From: an uncultured Nitrososphaerales archaeon | Lineage (GTDB): Archaea; Thermoproteota; Nitrososphaeria; Conexivisphaerales; DTJL01 | Reading direction: 5' to 3' | NCBI GenBank assembly: GCA_964475215.1 | Contig: CAYYVT010000171.1 | Span: forward strand, 1 to 47,980 | Length of the DNA: 47,980 nt | In this document: in pieces, positions 7,708 through 15,829 of the stretch | How the letters are laid out: each line of letters starts with the position of its first letter | How positions within the stretch are numbered: position 1 is the first letter of the stretch | Translations under genes and position numbers: made by a program | The notes under the pieces: generated by a model | Databases searched by the model: none | What the model was told of the DNA's origin: nothing | Seen by the model: only the letters and a program-made list of their open reading frames with translations

Positions 7708-10064
7708 AACGCACCTGCCTCCTGGGCCTTGGCTATGGCATTCATGATGTCCTGTCGGGAGACCGGCAGGTGGTCGAACCTCTGGCCGCCTAGGGCGTTG
7801 CTCAGGGCGTTTACTATGGCCGGGCTGACGGCTATCAGGACGTTCTCGCCGATGCCCTTCGCCCCGAACGGTCCGATGGGGTCCACGTACTCGTCCCAGG
7901 TCGCGGTGACGGCGTCGGGCACCTCCATGATGGTGGGGACCCTGAAGTCGTGGAAGTTGGGGTTGATGTAGCTCCCGGTCGTCGGGTCCTGAAGGAGCTC
8001 CTGATAGAGGGTTTCTCCCATCCCCATGCCGTAGAAGCCCCCTCTGACCTGGCTTTCGGCGCCCTTGGCGAATATGACCTTGCCGATGTCGAGTCCGCTG
8101 ACGTAGTTGGTGATGTGGACGTCCCCAGTCTCGATGTCCACCTGGAGCTCGACCAGCTTCGCGCCGCCCACGCGCCAGGCGACGTTTGTCGGGACTGAGA
8201 ACACGCCGACGCCGGTGATCGGGGCGCTCAGAAGGGCCGCGGCGTCCTTGAAGCTGATGCTCAGGGTGCCGTCAGCGGAGACTATGTTGCCGTTCGAGAA
8301 GCTTAGGTTCGATGCCGTGGTCCCGAGCTTGGCCGCCACGATGGGGAACCATTGGCGCTTCAGGTCGGCTGCGGCCATCGAAAACGCCATTCCGGCGTTT
8401 CTGGTCGACTGGCTTCCTGCCGTGACGCTTGAGCTAGTGGTAAGGCTGGTGTCCGACTGGACGCAGGTGACGTTCGCCAGAGAAGTGAGACCCAGGTACT
8501 CGGCGGCCATTATCGGGAACGTGGTGTTGCCCCCCGCGCCGTGGTCCGTCAGCCCTGTGTAACAGACGACGGAGCCGTCGGTGTTGACCTGTATCTGCCC
8601 TGTGCTTGGCGGAATTATGCTCCCCTTCGCAGAGTTCTGGAGGGCGATGCCAACGCCCGTTCTGACCGTGCCGCTGACGGCGCTGGCCACTCCCCAACCC
8701 TGGAACTTCGAGCTCCAGCCGAAGGCGGTTACAGCGTTGTTGAAGGCTCCAGGCTCCCCAAATCCCGTGTATGGAAGCTTGCTTACGGGGTCGACGGCGT
8801 TGGCGCTCGTCCTCATGTTCTGTAGCCTGAACTGGACGGGATCGATCCCCAGCTTCTCGGCCATCATGTCGACGGCCACCTCCATGAAGAAGTGGGCCTG
8901 GCTCTCGCCAACGTCCCTCATGGGGCCTGCCTGGGCGAAGGCGTTGGTGTTCACCGAGGTGGAGGTCAGCTCAACGTTGGGGGTCATGTATGCGTTGTAG
9001 AAGTCGCTCAGCGAGTCCGAGCCGTTGGAACCGCCGTAGGCGCCCACGTTGACGTAGAACTGTCCCTTCATTGCGGTCATGGTGCCGTCCTTCGTCCCCC
9101 CGAGGGTCATGTACGCCTTTATGGGGAACTTGGCGCTGGTGTTGTTGAGGGCCTGGTCAAACCGCGTGGGGCCGTACTTCACGGCGGCCCCAACCTTCTG
9201 GGCCATGACGGCGGCGAGGATCATCTCCTCAGCAGCGCCGGACTTGTCGCCGAGGGCCATCCCGACAACCCCTCCCCCTTCGTTGCCCCCGAGGCCCGAC
9301 TTCACCGTCACCGTGTTCAGGGGGACGCGGAAGTAGTTCGCAAGAGTCGACTGGGCCGAGTGGACGTACTGGTTGCTGGCCCATATCGTGAGCGTGTTGT
9401 TCTTCCAGGAGGCGACGCAGGCGCGTGGCTCCATCTCAAAGTGTTGGTGGAGGGGGAAGTTGAGCGTCGTGGTGATGGTGGCATCGGCGCTCGCCAGGGC
9501 GGCATCCACGTCACCATACGATACGCTGAGTGTGGCGGGGACGGGGCCCGTCTCCGGGTTAAAGCCCGCGCCCGGGATGTTCCCGCCTGGCCAGATCTGG
9601 ACAGCGCCAGGCTGGCTCGCCTCCTCGGCATCAAGGACGTAGGGAAGGGGCTTGAATTCGACGTCGACCAGGCCTATGGCATCCTCCACCCCGTCGGTGG
9701 TTGAGGCCCCCACCACGGCTACCATCTGGCCGGGGTAGTAGGTCTGGCCCTCTGGCAGCGGGAGGTGAGGCCTCGCGCCGCTGATCATGGAAAACGCCGC
9801 CAAGTCCTGGGCTGTCAGGACCACATATCCGGCGGCCAGGGCCTTGGTGGCATCGATCTTTACGATCTGGGCGGAAGGATAAGGACAGGTTATCTTGCCC
9901 ATGTAGACAAAGCTCGTCTCGCCGACGTGAGAGGGGTTTATGTCATAGGCGTACACCGCCGAGCCGGTTATCTTGCGCGTTATATCCCTCCTGTTCACAG
10001 ATGTGTTGCCGACGAGGTTGTAGGTCGGGGTTGAAGAGGATGAAGAGGACGATGATGAGGACAT
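7704..10064 (-). CDS. Xanthine dehydrogenase-family molybdopterin-binding large subunit (PaoC/YagR-like)
   Basis: KITGSAVYAYD, HFEMEPRA, DMMAEKLGIDPVQFRLQN, GPFGAKGIGE (catalytic Glu); true start taken as ATG at 10064, just after the small-subunit stop. Confidence 0.92.
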   Translation of the reverse strand: MSSSSSSSSSSTPTYNLVGNTSVNRRDITRKITGSAVYAYDINPSHVGETSFVYMGKITCPYPSAQIVKIDATKALAAGYVVLTAQDLAAFSMISGARPHLPLPEGQTYYPGQMVAVVGASTTDGVEDAIGLVDVEFKPLPYVLDAEEASQPGAVQIWPGGNIPGAGFNPETGPVPATLSVSYGDVDAALASADATITTTLNFPLHQHFEMEPRACVASWKNNTLTIWASNQYVHSAQSTLANYFRVPLNTVTVKSGLGGNEGGGVVGMALGDKSGAAEEMILAAVMAQKVGAAVKYGPTRFDQALNNTSAKFPIKAYMTLGGTKDGTMTAMKGQFYVNVGAYGGSNGSDSLSDFYNAYMTPNVELTSTSVNTNAFAQAGPMRDVGESQAHFFMEVAVDMMAEKLGIDPVQFRLQNMRTSANAVDPVSKLPYTGFGEPGAFNNAVTAFGWSSKFQGWGVASAVSGTVRTGVGIALQNSAKGSIIPPSTGQIQVNTDGSVVCYTGLTDHGAGGNTTFPIMAAEYLGLTSLANVTCVQSDTSLTTSSSVTAGSQSTRNAGMAFSMAAADLKRQWFPIVAAKLGTTASNLSFSNGNIVSADGTLSISFKDAAALLSAPITGVGVFSVPTNVAWRVGGAKLVELQVDIETGDVHITNYVSGLDIGKVIFAKGAESQVRGGFYGMGMGETLYQELLQDPTTGSYINPNFHDFRVPTIMEVPDAVTATWDEYVDPIGPFGAKGIGENVLIAVSPAIVNALSNALGGQRFDHLPVSRQDIMNAIAKAQEAGAF

Positions 10065-10066
10065 TT

Positions 10067-10792
10067 CTATGGGGAACCTCCTAGGGCCTGAGCGGCCTGT
10101 TGAATGGCGGAAATGATGTTCAGGTAGGTGCCGCAGCGGCATAGGTTGCCGCTCATTCCGGCCTTTATTTCGTCCACGGTCGGGTTGGGGTTGCTCTTCA
10201 AAAGAGCTGTGGCCGCCATAACCTGGCCGGCCTGACAATAGCCGCACTGGCTGGCGTCGTTCGGCACCCAGGCGGTCTGAACTGCCGCTAGGACAGGGTC
10301 CGGGGTCTTGGACGTGATGCCTCCCTCAACGGTGAGGATCTGATGACCCTGGGCCCTGATGGCCAGTAAGGTGCAGGAGTAGTACGGCTTGCCGTCGATC
10401 AGGACAGTGCAGCCGCCACACTCCATCCTGTTGCATGGCCGCTTGGTCCCAATCAGGCCAAGCTGCTCCCGGAGAACGTTGACGAGCATGTCCCTTGGCT
10501 GGACCTGGGCCGCCATGGTGGTCCCGTTGACACTCAGATTGATGGTCTGAATGGCAAAGAGGCTGGCATCGAACGCCGCCGTGCTGCTGACGCTTGGGCT
10601 GGTGGCCCCCATGCCGGAGATTTGCTGCGGCCGAAGACCCACCACAGCCGCGGCAAGTGCCGTCGCGGCTACGCTACCTTTGATGAAGGTCCTTCGGCTC
10701 AGCCTTACGCCATGTGAACTCTCGAGGGCAAGCTTCAGCCTGTCCTGAGAGGAGCTAAAATCGGTCCCCGAACTCTTGCTCTCGTTAGACGT
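10067..10792 (-). CDS. Xanthine dehydrogenase-family 2x[2Fe-2S] subunit with twin-arginine signal (PaoA/YagT-like); start codon non-canonical or uncertain
   Basis: GTKRPCNRMECGGCTV...SC, QCGYC, GNLCRC; frame stays open upstream of the listed ORF to 10798 and encodes LSRRTFIKGSVAATALAAAVVG; no in-frame ATG/GTG/TTG before RR, ACG at 10792 proposed. Confidence 0.85.
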   Translation of the reverse strand, partial: TSNESKSSGTDFSSSQDRLKLALESSHGVRLSRRTFIKGSVAATALAAAVVGLRPQQISGMGATSPSVSSTAAFDASLFAIQTINLSVNGTTMAAQVQPRDMLVNVLREQLGLIGTKRPCNRMECGGCTVLIDGKPYYSCTLLAIRAQGHQILTVEGGITSKTPDPVLAAVQTAWVPNDASQCGYCQAGQVMAATALLKSNPNPTVDEIKAGMSGNLCRCGTYLNIISAIQQAAQALGGSP

Positions 10793-10798
10793 GACACA

Positions 10799-10990
10799 CT
10801 ACCGAATCCCCAGAATCTGCATGGCATATATTTTACCGTTTTTAACGATTCCAGCCAAGGTAATCACGGACGGTTACGTTTGCTGATACGAAACGCAGGG
10901 AACTATCCGAAAGGCCTACAAAAAGGAGAAAAATCGAAAAAACGGAATAATGGTTAAAGGTCTGTCAATTTACTCCTCCGAGTTCGATTA
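10799..10990. promoter_or_regulatory. Divergent AT-rich promoter region between the Mo-hydroxylase operon and the cytochrome b gene
   Basis: TATA-like AAATATAT on - strand (about 10826-10833) and GGTTAAAG on + strand (about 10952-10959); related 10-mers next to both. Confidence 0.6.
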
Positions 10991-11836
10991 ATGATTCCAT
11001 TCCAGGTCGCGCCGGAGAGATTGGATGAAACGATCGCCCTCTACATCGTCTTGGTATTTGTCGCCGGATACGCAGTCCACTGGTTCAGGAGGGCATTCAG
11101 GGAACCTTCACCCACAGGTCCCACCCCGAGCGTCAGCGTCCCCGGCGACAGGGTAAAGTACTATGACATAGTCGAGCGCCTCTTCCACTGGACGGACTTC
11201 ATCGTAATGGGAATGATGATGCTAACCGGAATCGCCATCTTCTTCCCGGGATCCCTGAACTTCGCGCTGGCGCCCTTCGGCGTCCAGGGGACAGCCGGCG
11301 AGATAGACCTTCACCTTACTTTTGTGTGGGCTCTGTTGGGCCTGATTGTGATACATGTCGTCTGGGACACGGCCGTGGCGAGGGGCTTCTGGAACATCTG
11401 GCCGGGCGTCAAGGACATACGGGATGCGGCCAAGAGGGCCAAGAACTTCGTGGGGTGGTCCGATGAATACCCAAGGATGGCCAAATACGACGCGTTCATG
11501 AAGACGTTCCACTGGGGCCTGACGCTGTCCCTGATCGTCCTGGGGATCACGGGGATCTACTTCTGGAATCCCTACGGCATCATGCCCAACCTTGGCTACG
11601 CCACGGAGAACCTGTTCAGAGTTCTGCACGATATATTCGCGTTCCTACTCGTCGGGCTGGTCATCGGCCACATCTACTTCGCCGTGATACCAGAGAACTG
11701 GCCCATCCTGAAGGCCATGATTACAGGGACGATGTCCAAGGACTTCTACATGAAGCACTACGACCCGGCACGGTGGAAGGCCAAGCAGTCTACAGGACTC
11801 CTGAGGAAGGAGTTCGCCGACGGCGGTGACGAGTAG
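10991..11836 (+). CDS. Di-heme cytochrome b (FdnI/HyaC, formate dehydrogenase gamma / Ni-hydrogenase cytochrome b family)
   Basis: ERLFHW, DLHL, KYDAFMK, RVLHD, IGHIYFA, LKAMITG; about 5 hydrophobic helices with the four conserved His. Confidence 0.85.
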   Translation: MIPFQVAPERLDETIALYIVLVFVAGYAVHWFRRAFREPSPTGPTPSVSVPGDRVKYYDIVERLFHWTDFIVMGMMMLTGIAIFFPGSLNFALAPFGVQGTAGEIDLHLTFVWALLGLIVIHVVWDTAVARGFWNIWPGVKDIRDAAKRAKNFVGWSDEYPRMAKYDAFMKTFHWGLTLSLIVLGITGIYFWNPYGIMPNLGYATENLFRVLHDIFAFLLVGLVIGHIYFAVIPENWPILKAMITGTMSKDFYMKHYDPARWKAKQSTGLLRKEFADGGDE

Positions 11837-12361
11837 TTGCAGGAGAATGAACATGTAAAGGCGCATGGCGAGGAGCAGGCCGATAGGGCGCTGTCCTCGT
11901 CGCACCTCCTCACGATGAAGGGCAAGGCCGAGATGGGTTTTGTTGGGGGCCTGGTAGCAAGCATAGTCGCCGCGTTCGTGGCGATTGCCTCTGATGGGGT
12001 AGGCCTTCTTATCTCCCCCTGGTTCGTGACTCTAGGAAGCGTCCTGGGCGTCGCTGGGCTTCCCGCCTATGTTGGGCTGGTGGGAGTGGTCGCATTCCTG
12101 ACCATTGGGGTGGTCTGGGGCCTCATCTTCGCCTTCCTCTTCAGCAAGTACTCTGTCACCAAGGGTTTGGCGTTCAGCGGCATCCAGATCCTGCTGACGG
12201 TGGCCCTTCTGATGGTCGTCTCCACCCCTCAGGTGGGGGGGACCCTTCTGACTCTTCCAATAGTCAACTCCCTGATGCTGGTGATCGGCCTGGCCTTCAC
12301 CTACATAGCGTTCGGAGTCGTGATAGGGCTGGTCGGAAGGAAGTACACCGGATTGCCGTAG
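11837..12361 (+). CDS. Hypothetical integral membrane protein (about 4 TM)
   Basis: Four long hydrophobic segments; directly follows the cytochrome b stop. Confidence 0.7.
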   Translation: MQENEHVKAHGEEQADRALSSSHLLTMKGKAEMGFVGGLVASIVAAFVAIASDGVGLLISPWFVTLGSVLGVAGLPAYVGLVGVVAFLTIGVVWGLIFAFLFSKYSVTKGLAFSGIQILLTVALLMVVSTPQVGGTLLTLPIVNSLMLVIGLAFTYIAFGVVIGLVGRKYTGLP

Positions 12362-12389
12362 CCGGGACGAAGACCCCCTTTTGACGATG

Positions 12390-13028
12390 CTAATGGGCTA
12401 GGTAGGCCAGCATGTCCTCTATTTCGGCCAGCGACATAAGCATCCGACTAGGGCCGGCAGCTAGTAGCGTGTTGATGTCATGCTCGCTCGAAGGGAGGAC
12501 CACGGGCTCCACCCCGGCGTCGTGAGCTGCGCGTATCTCGAACAGGTTGTCGCAGAAGAAGAGGACTTCGCCGGCGGAGACATCCAGGGACTCCAGCGCC
12601 GACGATATGTCTCCCTCAAGGGTGTGCGTCCCAGCCGGCTGGTCACGGCAGATCATGGCTTGAAACTCGGGAGCTCCCGAAAGGCTCGACAGTAGCAGTT
12701 TGGTCGATGCGGCGCCCAGGTCGCTGACGAGCCCAAGCTTCAGGGATTTCGCAGACGCCGATTGAAGGCCGGCCGGTGCCCCCGGCTTCGGATTCGCGGA
12801 TTTCACTTGGGCGAGCTCTGCCCGGTCCATGACAAGAGCGGCCAGCCTCTTGGCCTCCGAAGCCAGGTCCCTGTCGGGGATGGAAGACACCGCGGCCAGT
12901 ATCTCGGAAGGGCCCGCACCTTTCCCGATGTTGACAGGGTACCTTGCCGTCAACGCCTCCGCAGCGCTGCCGTAGTCCACTTTGTATTTGAAGAGGGCGG
13001 AAATGGGAAAGATGAGGGCGCGTACCAA
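12390..13028 (-). CDS. HAD-superfamily hydrolase-like protein, catalytic motif I degenerate
   Basis: VRALIFPISALF (no DxD), KLGLVSD (motif II), LFFCDNLFEIRAAHDAG (motif IV-like). Confidence 0.65.
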   Translation of the reverse strand: MVRALIFPISALFKYKVDYGSAAEALTARYPVNIGKGAGPSEILAAVSSIPDRDLASEAKRLAALVMDRAELAQVKSANPKPGAPAGLQSASAKSLKLGLVSDLGAASTKLLLSSLSGAPEFQAMICRDQPAGTHTLEGDISSALESLDVSAGEVLFFCDNLFEIRAAHDAGVEPVVLPSSEHDINTLLAAGPSRMLMSLAEIEDMLAYLAH

Positions 13029-13104
13029 TTTCGCGGTCGAGCAATTCCCGCCGTCCTTCCTTATTTTAGATTGATGGCGATTGCGTCGCCTACGGCGGAG
13101 TGAG

Positions 13105-13719
13105 TTAGCTATGTGTGACGGGCTGCCTGATGATGGTCCTGAGCCGTTCTGGGGCAGACCGGCGGGGGTCCCCTAGGTAGATTTCATGATGCCTGCCACG
13201 GGCCATGAAGCCCTTCTCTCGGATGAAATCATGTAGCCTCTGGATGGTGGGAGCCTCGGCGGAATAAGGCCCGACGTGAAGTATCTGGGCACTGAGGCCT
13301 TCGGCGAACTCTTCGAGGCGGGCAGAGTCCAGCAAAGGGAGCTCCTTCTTGGCCTTCACCATCTCCTTGGCCTTCCGGAACCACCCGTCAGTTACGCATA
13401 CGGGTTGTAGGATCATGGAGGTCCAGCTCCAGTTTGCCCGGTCGGACGCGGCGAAGGGCACCCCTTCGGGGGCCGACCAAAGCCCCTCGAGGGCCATGAC
13501 AGGATAGTCGACGCCTTCCTCCTTCTTTATGGCGAACTTCAAAGTGTAAGAAAGGTTGTAGAGGACCTCTATCGAATTGCGGTAGGCTTCGCTCGTGTTG
13601 GGGTCGCCCCTTCCGTCGACCATGATGAAGTTCATAGGAGGGAGTTCAACGAGCTCGGCTCTCACGGATGATGGATTGTAGAACGGCTTGAGGTCCTTCC
13701 TGAGGTCGATCTTCTTCAT
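13105..13719 (-). CDS. GyrI-like small-molecule-binding domain protein
   Basis: KIDLRKDLK-FY, VDGRGDPN, MALEGLW, ILHVGPY, HHEIYLGDPRR, LRTIIRQP. Confidence 0.88.
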   Translation of the reverse strand: MKKIDLRKDLKPFYNPSSVRAELVELPPMNFIMVDGRGDPNTSEAYRNSIEVLYNLSYTLKFAIKKEEGVDYPVMALEGLWSAPEGVPFAASDRANWSWTSMILQPVCVTDGWFRKAKEMVKAKKELPLLDSARLEEFAEGLSAQILHVGPYSAEAPTIQRLHDFIREKGFMARGRHHEIYLGDPRRSAPERLRTIIRQPVTHS

Positions 13720-13779
13720 TGGGCTCCAGGAGGGGTCGGCCTTAGGCCGAGTTAAACCTTCGACCGGCTGAGGGGGAGA

Positions 13780-14298
13780 CTAGGCTCCCCGCGGAGCAAG
13801 GGCCTGCGACTTCGATGAAGCAGCCAGATCCCTCATTCGCATCTTTCGGCGCTCCTGAGCCTCTCGGAACCTCTGCTTCTCCGCCCGTGTCTCAGGGATT
13901 ATCGGCGGGACCGGGGCGGGGCGCCTGTCCTCGTCCAGCGCTACATAGGTCAGGTAGCAGGAGCCCGTGTGCGTCCGCTTGCCAGTCATCAGGTCTTCGG
14001 CTTCAATCCTGACCCCGACCTCCATGGAGGTCCTCCCAACGTAGTTAATCGCTGCCTTCAAGATGAGGAGGTTGCCAACATAGACCGGGGCCCAGAAGTC
14101 CATCCTGTCCACAGAAGCGGTGACTGTGTTAGAACGGGCGTGCCTGGCGGCGACAATTCCGGCAGCCTCGTCCATCAGCCGCAGGATCGTCCCGCCGAAG
14201 ACGTTCCCCAGGGGGTTTGCGTCGGTGGGCATCATCAAGTGCAGCAGTGTCTCCGAGGACTCGGACACCTTGCGGCCTCTCATGGCCAGTCGCTTCAA
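13780..14298 (-). CDS. Acyl-CoA thioesterase (hotdog fold, YciA-like)
   Basis: PTDANPLGNVFGG, MDEAA, VTASVD, VGRTSMEVGV, TYVALD. Confidence 0.92.
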   Translation of the reverse strand: MKRLAMRGRKVSESSETLLHLMMPTDANPLGNVFGGTILRLMDEAAGIVAARHARSNTVTASVDRMDFWAPVYVGNLLILKAAINYVGRTSMEVGVRIEAEDLMTGKRTHTGSCYLTYVALDEDRRPAPVPPIIPETRAEKQRFREAQERRKMRMRDLAASSKSQALAPRGA

Positions 14299-14364
14299 TA
14301 CGGTCTATCGCAGAGTGCGGGCTTTCATAAGCATATTGGGGATATGTGAGGGGCTGCCGCCGGG

Positions 14365-14844
14365 TCAGGTCCCGGCAGAGCCCTGGACGGCTGCCGCACG
14401 GATGCTCCTAAGGGCCTGCAGGGCCTCCCGCACATGGTGGGTGGGCGCCAGCTGGGAGTCATAGACGTGCCTTATGATGCCGGTGCGGTCTATGACGAAG
14501 GTCACCCTCGGAGGGAGGAGCCTCCCTCGGACGCCGTAGGACTCTCGAATCCTCTTGTCGGGATCGGCGACAAGGATGAAGGGCAGCTTATGATGCTTCT
14601 TGAACGAAAGATGAGATTCGACGCTGTCTGAGCTGACTCCGATCACGATCCCACCTTCCGAAACAAGCTCCTCCCAGTTGTCGCGGAAGGAGCACGCTTC
14701 GGCAGTGCATCCCTGCGTTTCATCCTTTGGATAGAAGTATAGGACGACGTTTCCCTTCTTGATAACCTCACCCAGGTCAATCATCGAGCCATCGTCGGCC
14801 GGAGCGCTGAACATGGGTGCCTGATCTCCCACCTTGAGGGTCAT
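14365..14844 (-). CDS. bcp: Peroxiredoxin, Bcp/PrxQ family
   Basis: VLYFYPKDETQGCTAEACSFRD (CxxxxC), RVTFVID. Confidence 0.93.
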   Translation of the reverse strand: MTLKVGDQAPMFSAPADDGSMIDLGEVIKKGNVVLYFYPKDETQGCTAEACSFRDNWEELVSEGGIVIGVSSDSVESHLSFKKHHKLPFILVADPDKRIRESYGVRGRLLPPRVTFVIDRTGIIRHVYDSQLAPTHHVREALQALRSIRAAAVQGSAGT

Positions 14845-15818
14845 TATTTGGAGGATTCTAGCTGGTGAGGGATTAACCTTGCCTTGACTTTGGAGGAGGG
14901 CCTCAGAGACGAAGCGGGGAAGCGGAACGGGTTAACATATGAATCGATGAGTCTCATCTCCTTTAGCCTGGCCTGCATCCTGGCCATCGCCTTCGAGTGA
15001 ATCCTGTCGTGCCAGATGAACCGCCTCAAGACCTTCTTGAGGGTCCAGAGCTCATCCGACATTTCCACAGGAGAGGTGGAGACCCCGGTTTCGTAGAGTC
15101 GGGCGAGCTCGTCGGCGCAGAAGAGGCGGACATCCAGGAACCCGGTGAGGTTGGTGGGAGCCCTCGACCCGAGCCTCGAGAGGTAGAACCGCTGTGTGCC
15201 CGTCAGATGCTCCATGACGGCCTCTATGGTCGAGGGAAGAGGCCCGTAGAAGGTGTTTCTTCGCCTGCTTTGGTCAACCCACTCCTTCAACTGGGCGCCT
15301 TCGTATGCCTTCCAGACGGTCTCTCCAGAATACTTCATGAGGCCAAGCAGCCTCCGGAACTCGTCCTTCTGAAATGGCTCCCTGTCGGCGTCGAGCAGGA
15401 TCTCACAGTCGGCGTCCTCGACCTTCAGCTGGCTCTGGTGTCGCTGAGTCACCATCGCCCTGACCGATGGAGGGGCTCTCTCCCCCAACCAGCCGTAGTA
15501 CGAGCCCACTTCCGCCTGCACCTTCGAAAGGGCCTCGTCCTCGGTTGGCGCTCTGACATAGGCCCCCGGAAGCTGGACGATAAAGCCAAGACAGCCCCTG
15601 CCGTTGGTCTCGAACGCCAGGGTTACTTCATCCACGTACTCCAATTTGGGGGCGGTCAACGGCAAGTCGCCCTCTGAACGCTTCGCATCATAAGGGTTTC
15701 TGCCCGGCTCGGCGGCGACGGCGAATCTCCTGCCACTGTCATGCTCAAGCCCGTCCTCGGTGGCCTTGAGGGGGGCCAGGCTTCTCACGAACCGTTGAAC
15801 AGAATCGGTCCGTCCCAT
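14844..15818 (-). CDS. HicB-like N-terminal domain fused to DinB-like domain (start may lie further downstream)
   Basis: LPGAYVRAPTEDEALSK (HicB-like fold) and WTLKKVLRRFIWHDRIH (DinB-like His motif). Confidence 0.65.
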   Translation of the reverse strand: MGRTDSVQRFVRSLAPLKATEDGLEHDSGRRFAVAAEPGRNPYDAKRSEGDLPLTAPKLEYVDEVTLAFETNGRGCLGFIVQLPGAYVRAPTEDEALSKVQAEVGSYYGWLGERAPPSVRAMVTQRHQSQLKVEDADCEILLDADREPFQKDEFRRLLGLMKYSGETVWKAYEGAQLKEWVDQSRRRNTFYGPLPSTIEAVMEHLTGTQRFYLSRLGSRAPTNLTGFLDVRLFCADELARLYETGVSTSPVEMSDELWTLKKVLRRFIWHDRIHSKAMARMQARLKEMRLIDSYVNPFRFPASSLRPSSKVKARLIPHQLESSK

Positions 15819-15829
15819 TTTTGACGGTG

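Noticed and set aside
10065-10247. N-terminal extension of the listed 847-aa Mo subunit
   Set aside because: Overlaps the Fe-S subunit in another frame; ATG 10064 follows its stop by 2 nt
11834-11839. TAG immediately followed by an in-frame ORF (possible pyrrolysine or readthrough fusion)
   Set aside because: The cytochrome b domain is complete before the TAG, a GGTGA SD-like motif precedes the TTG, and TAG is an ordinary stop for many genes in this window
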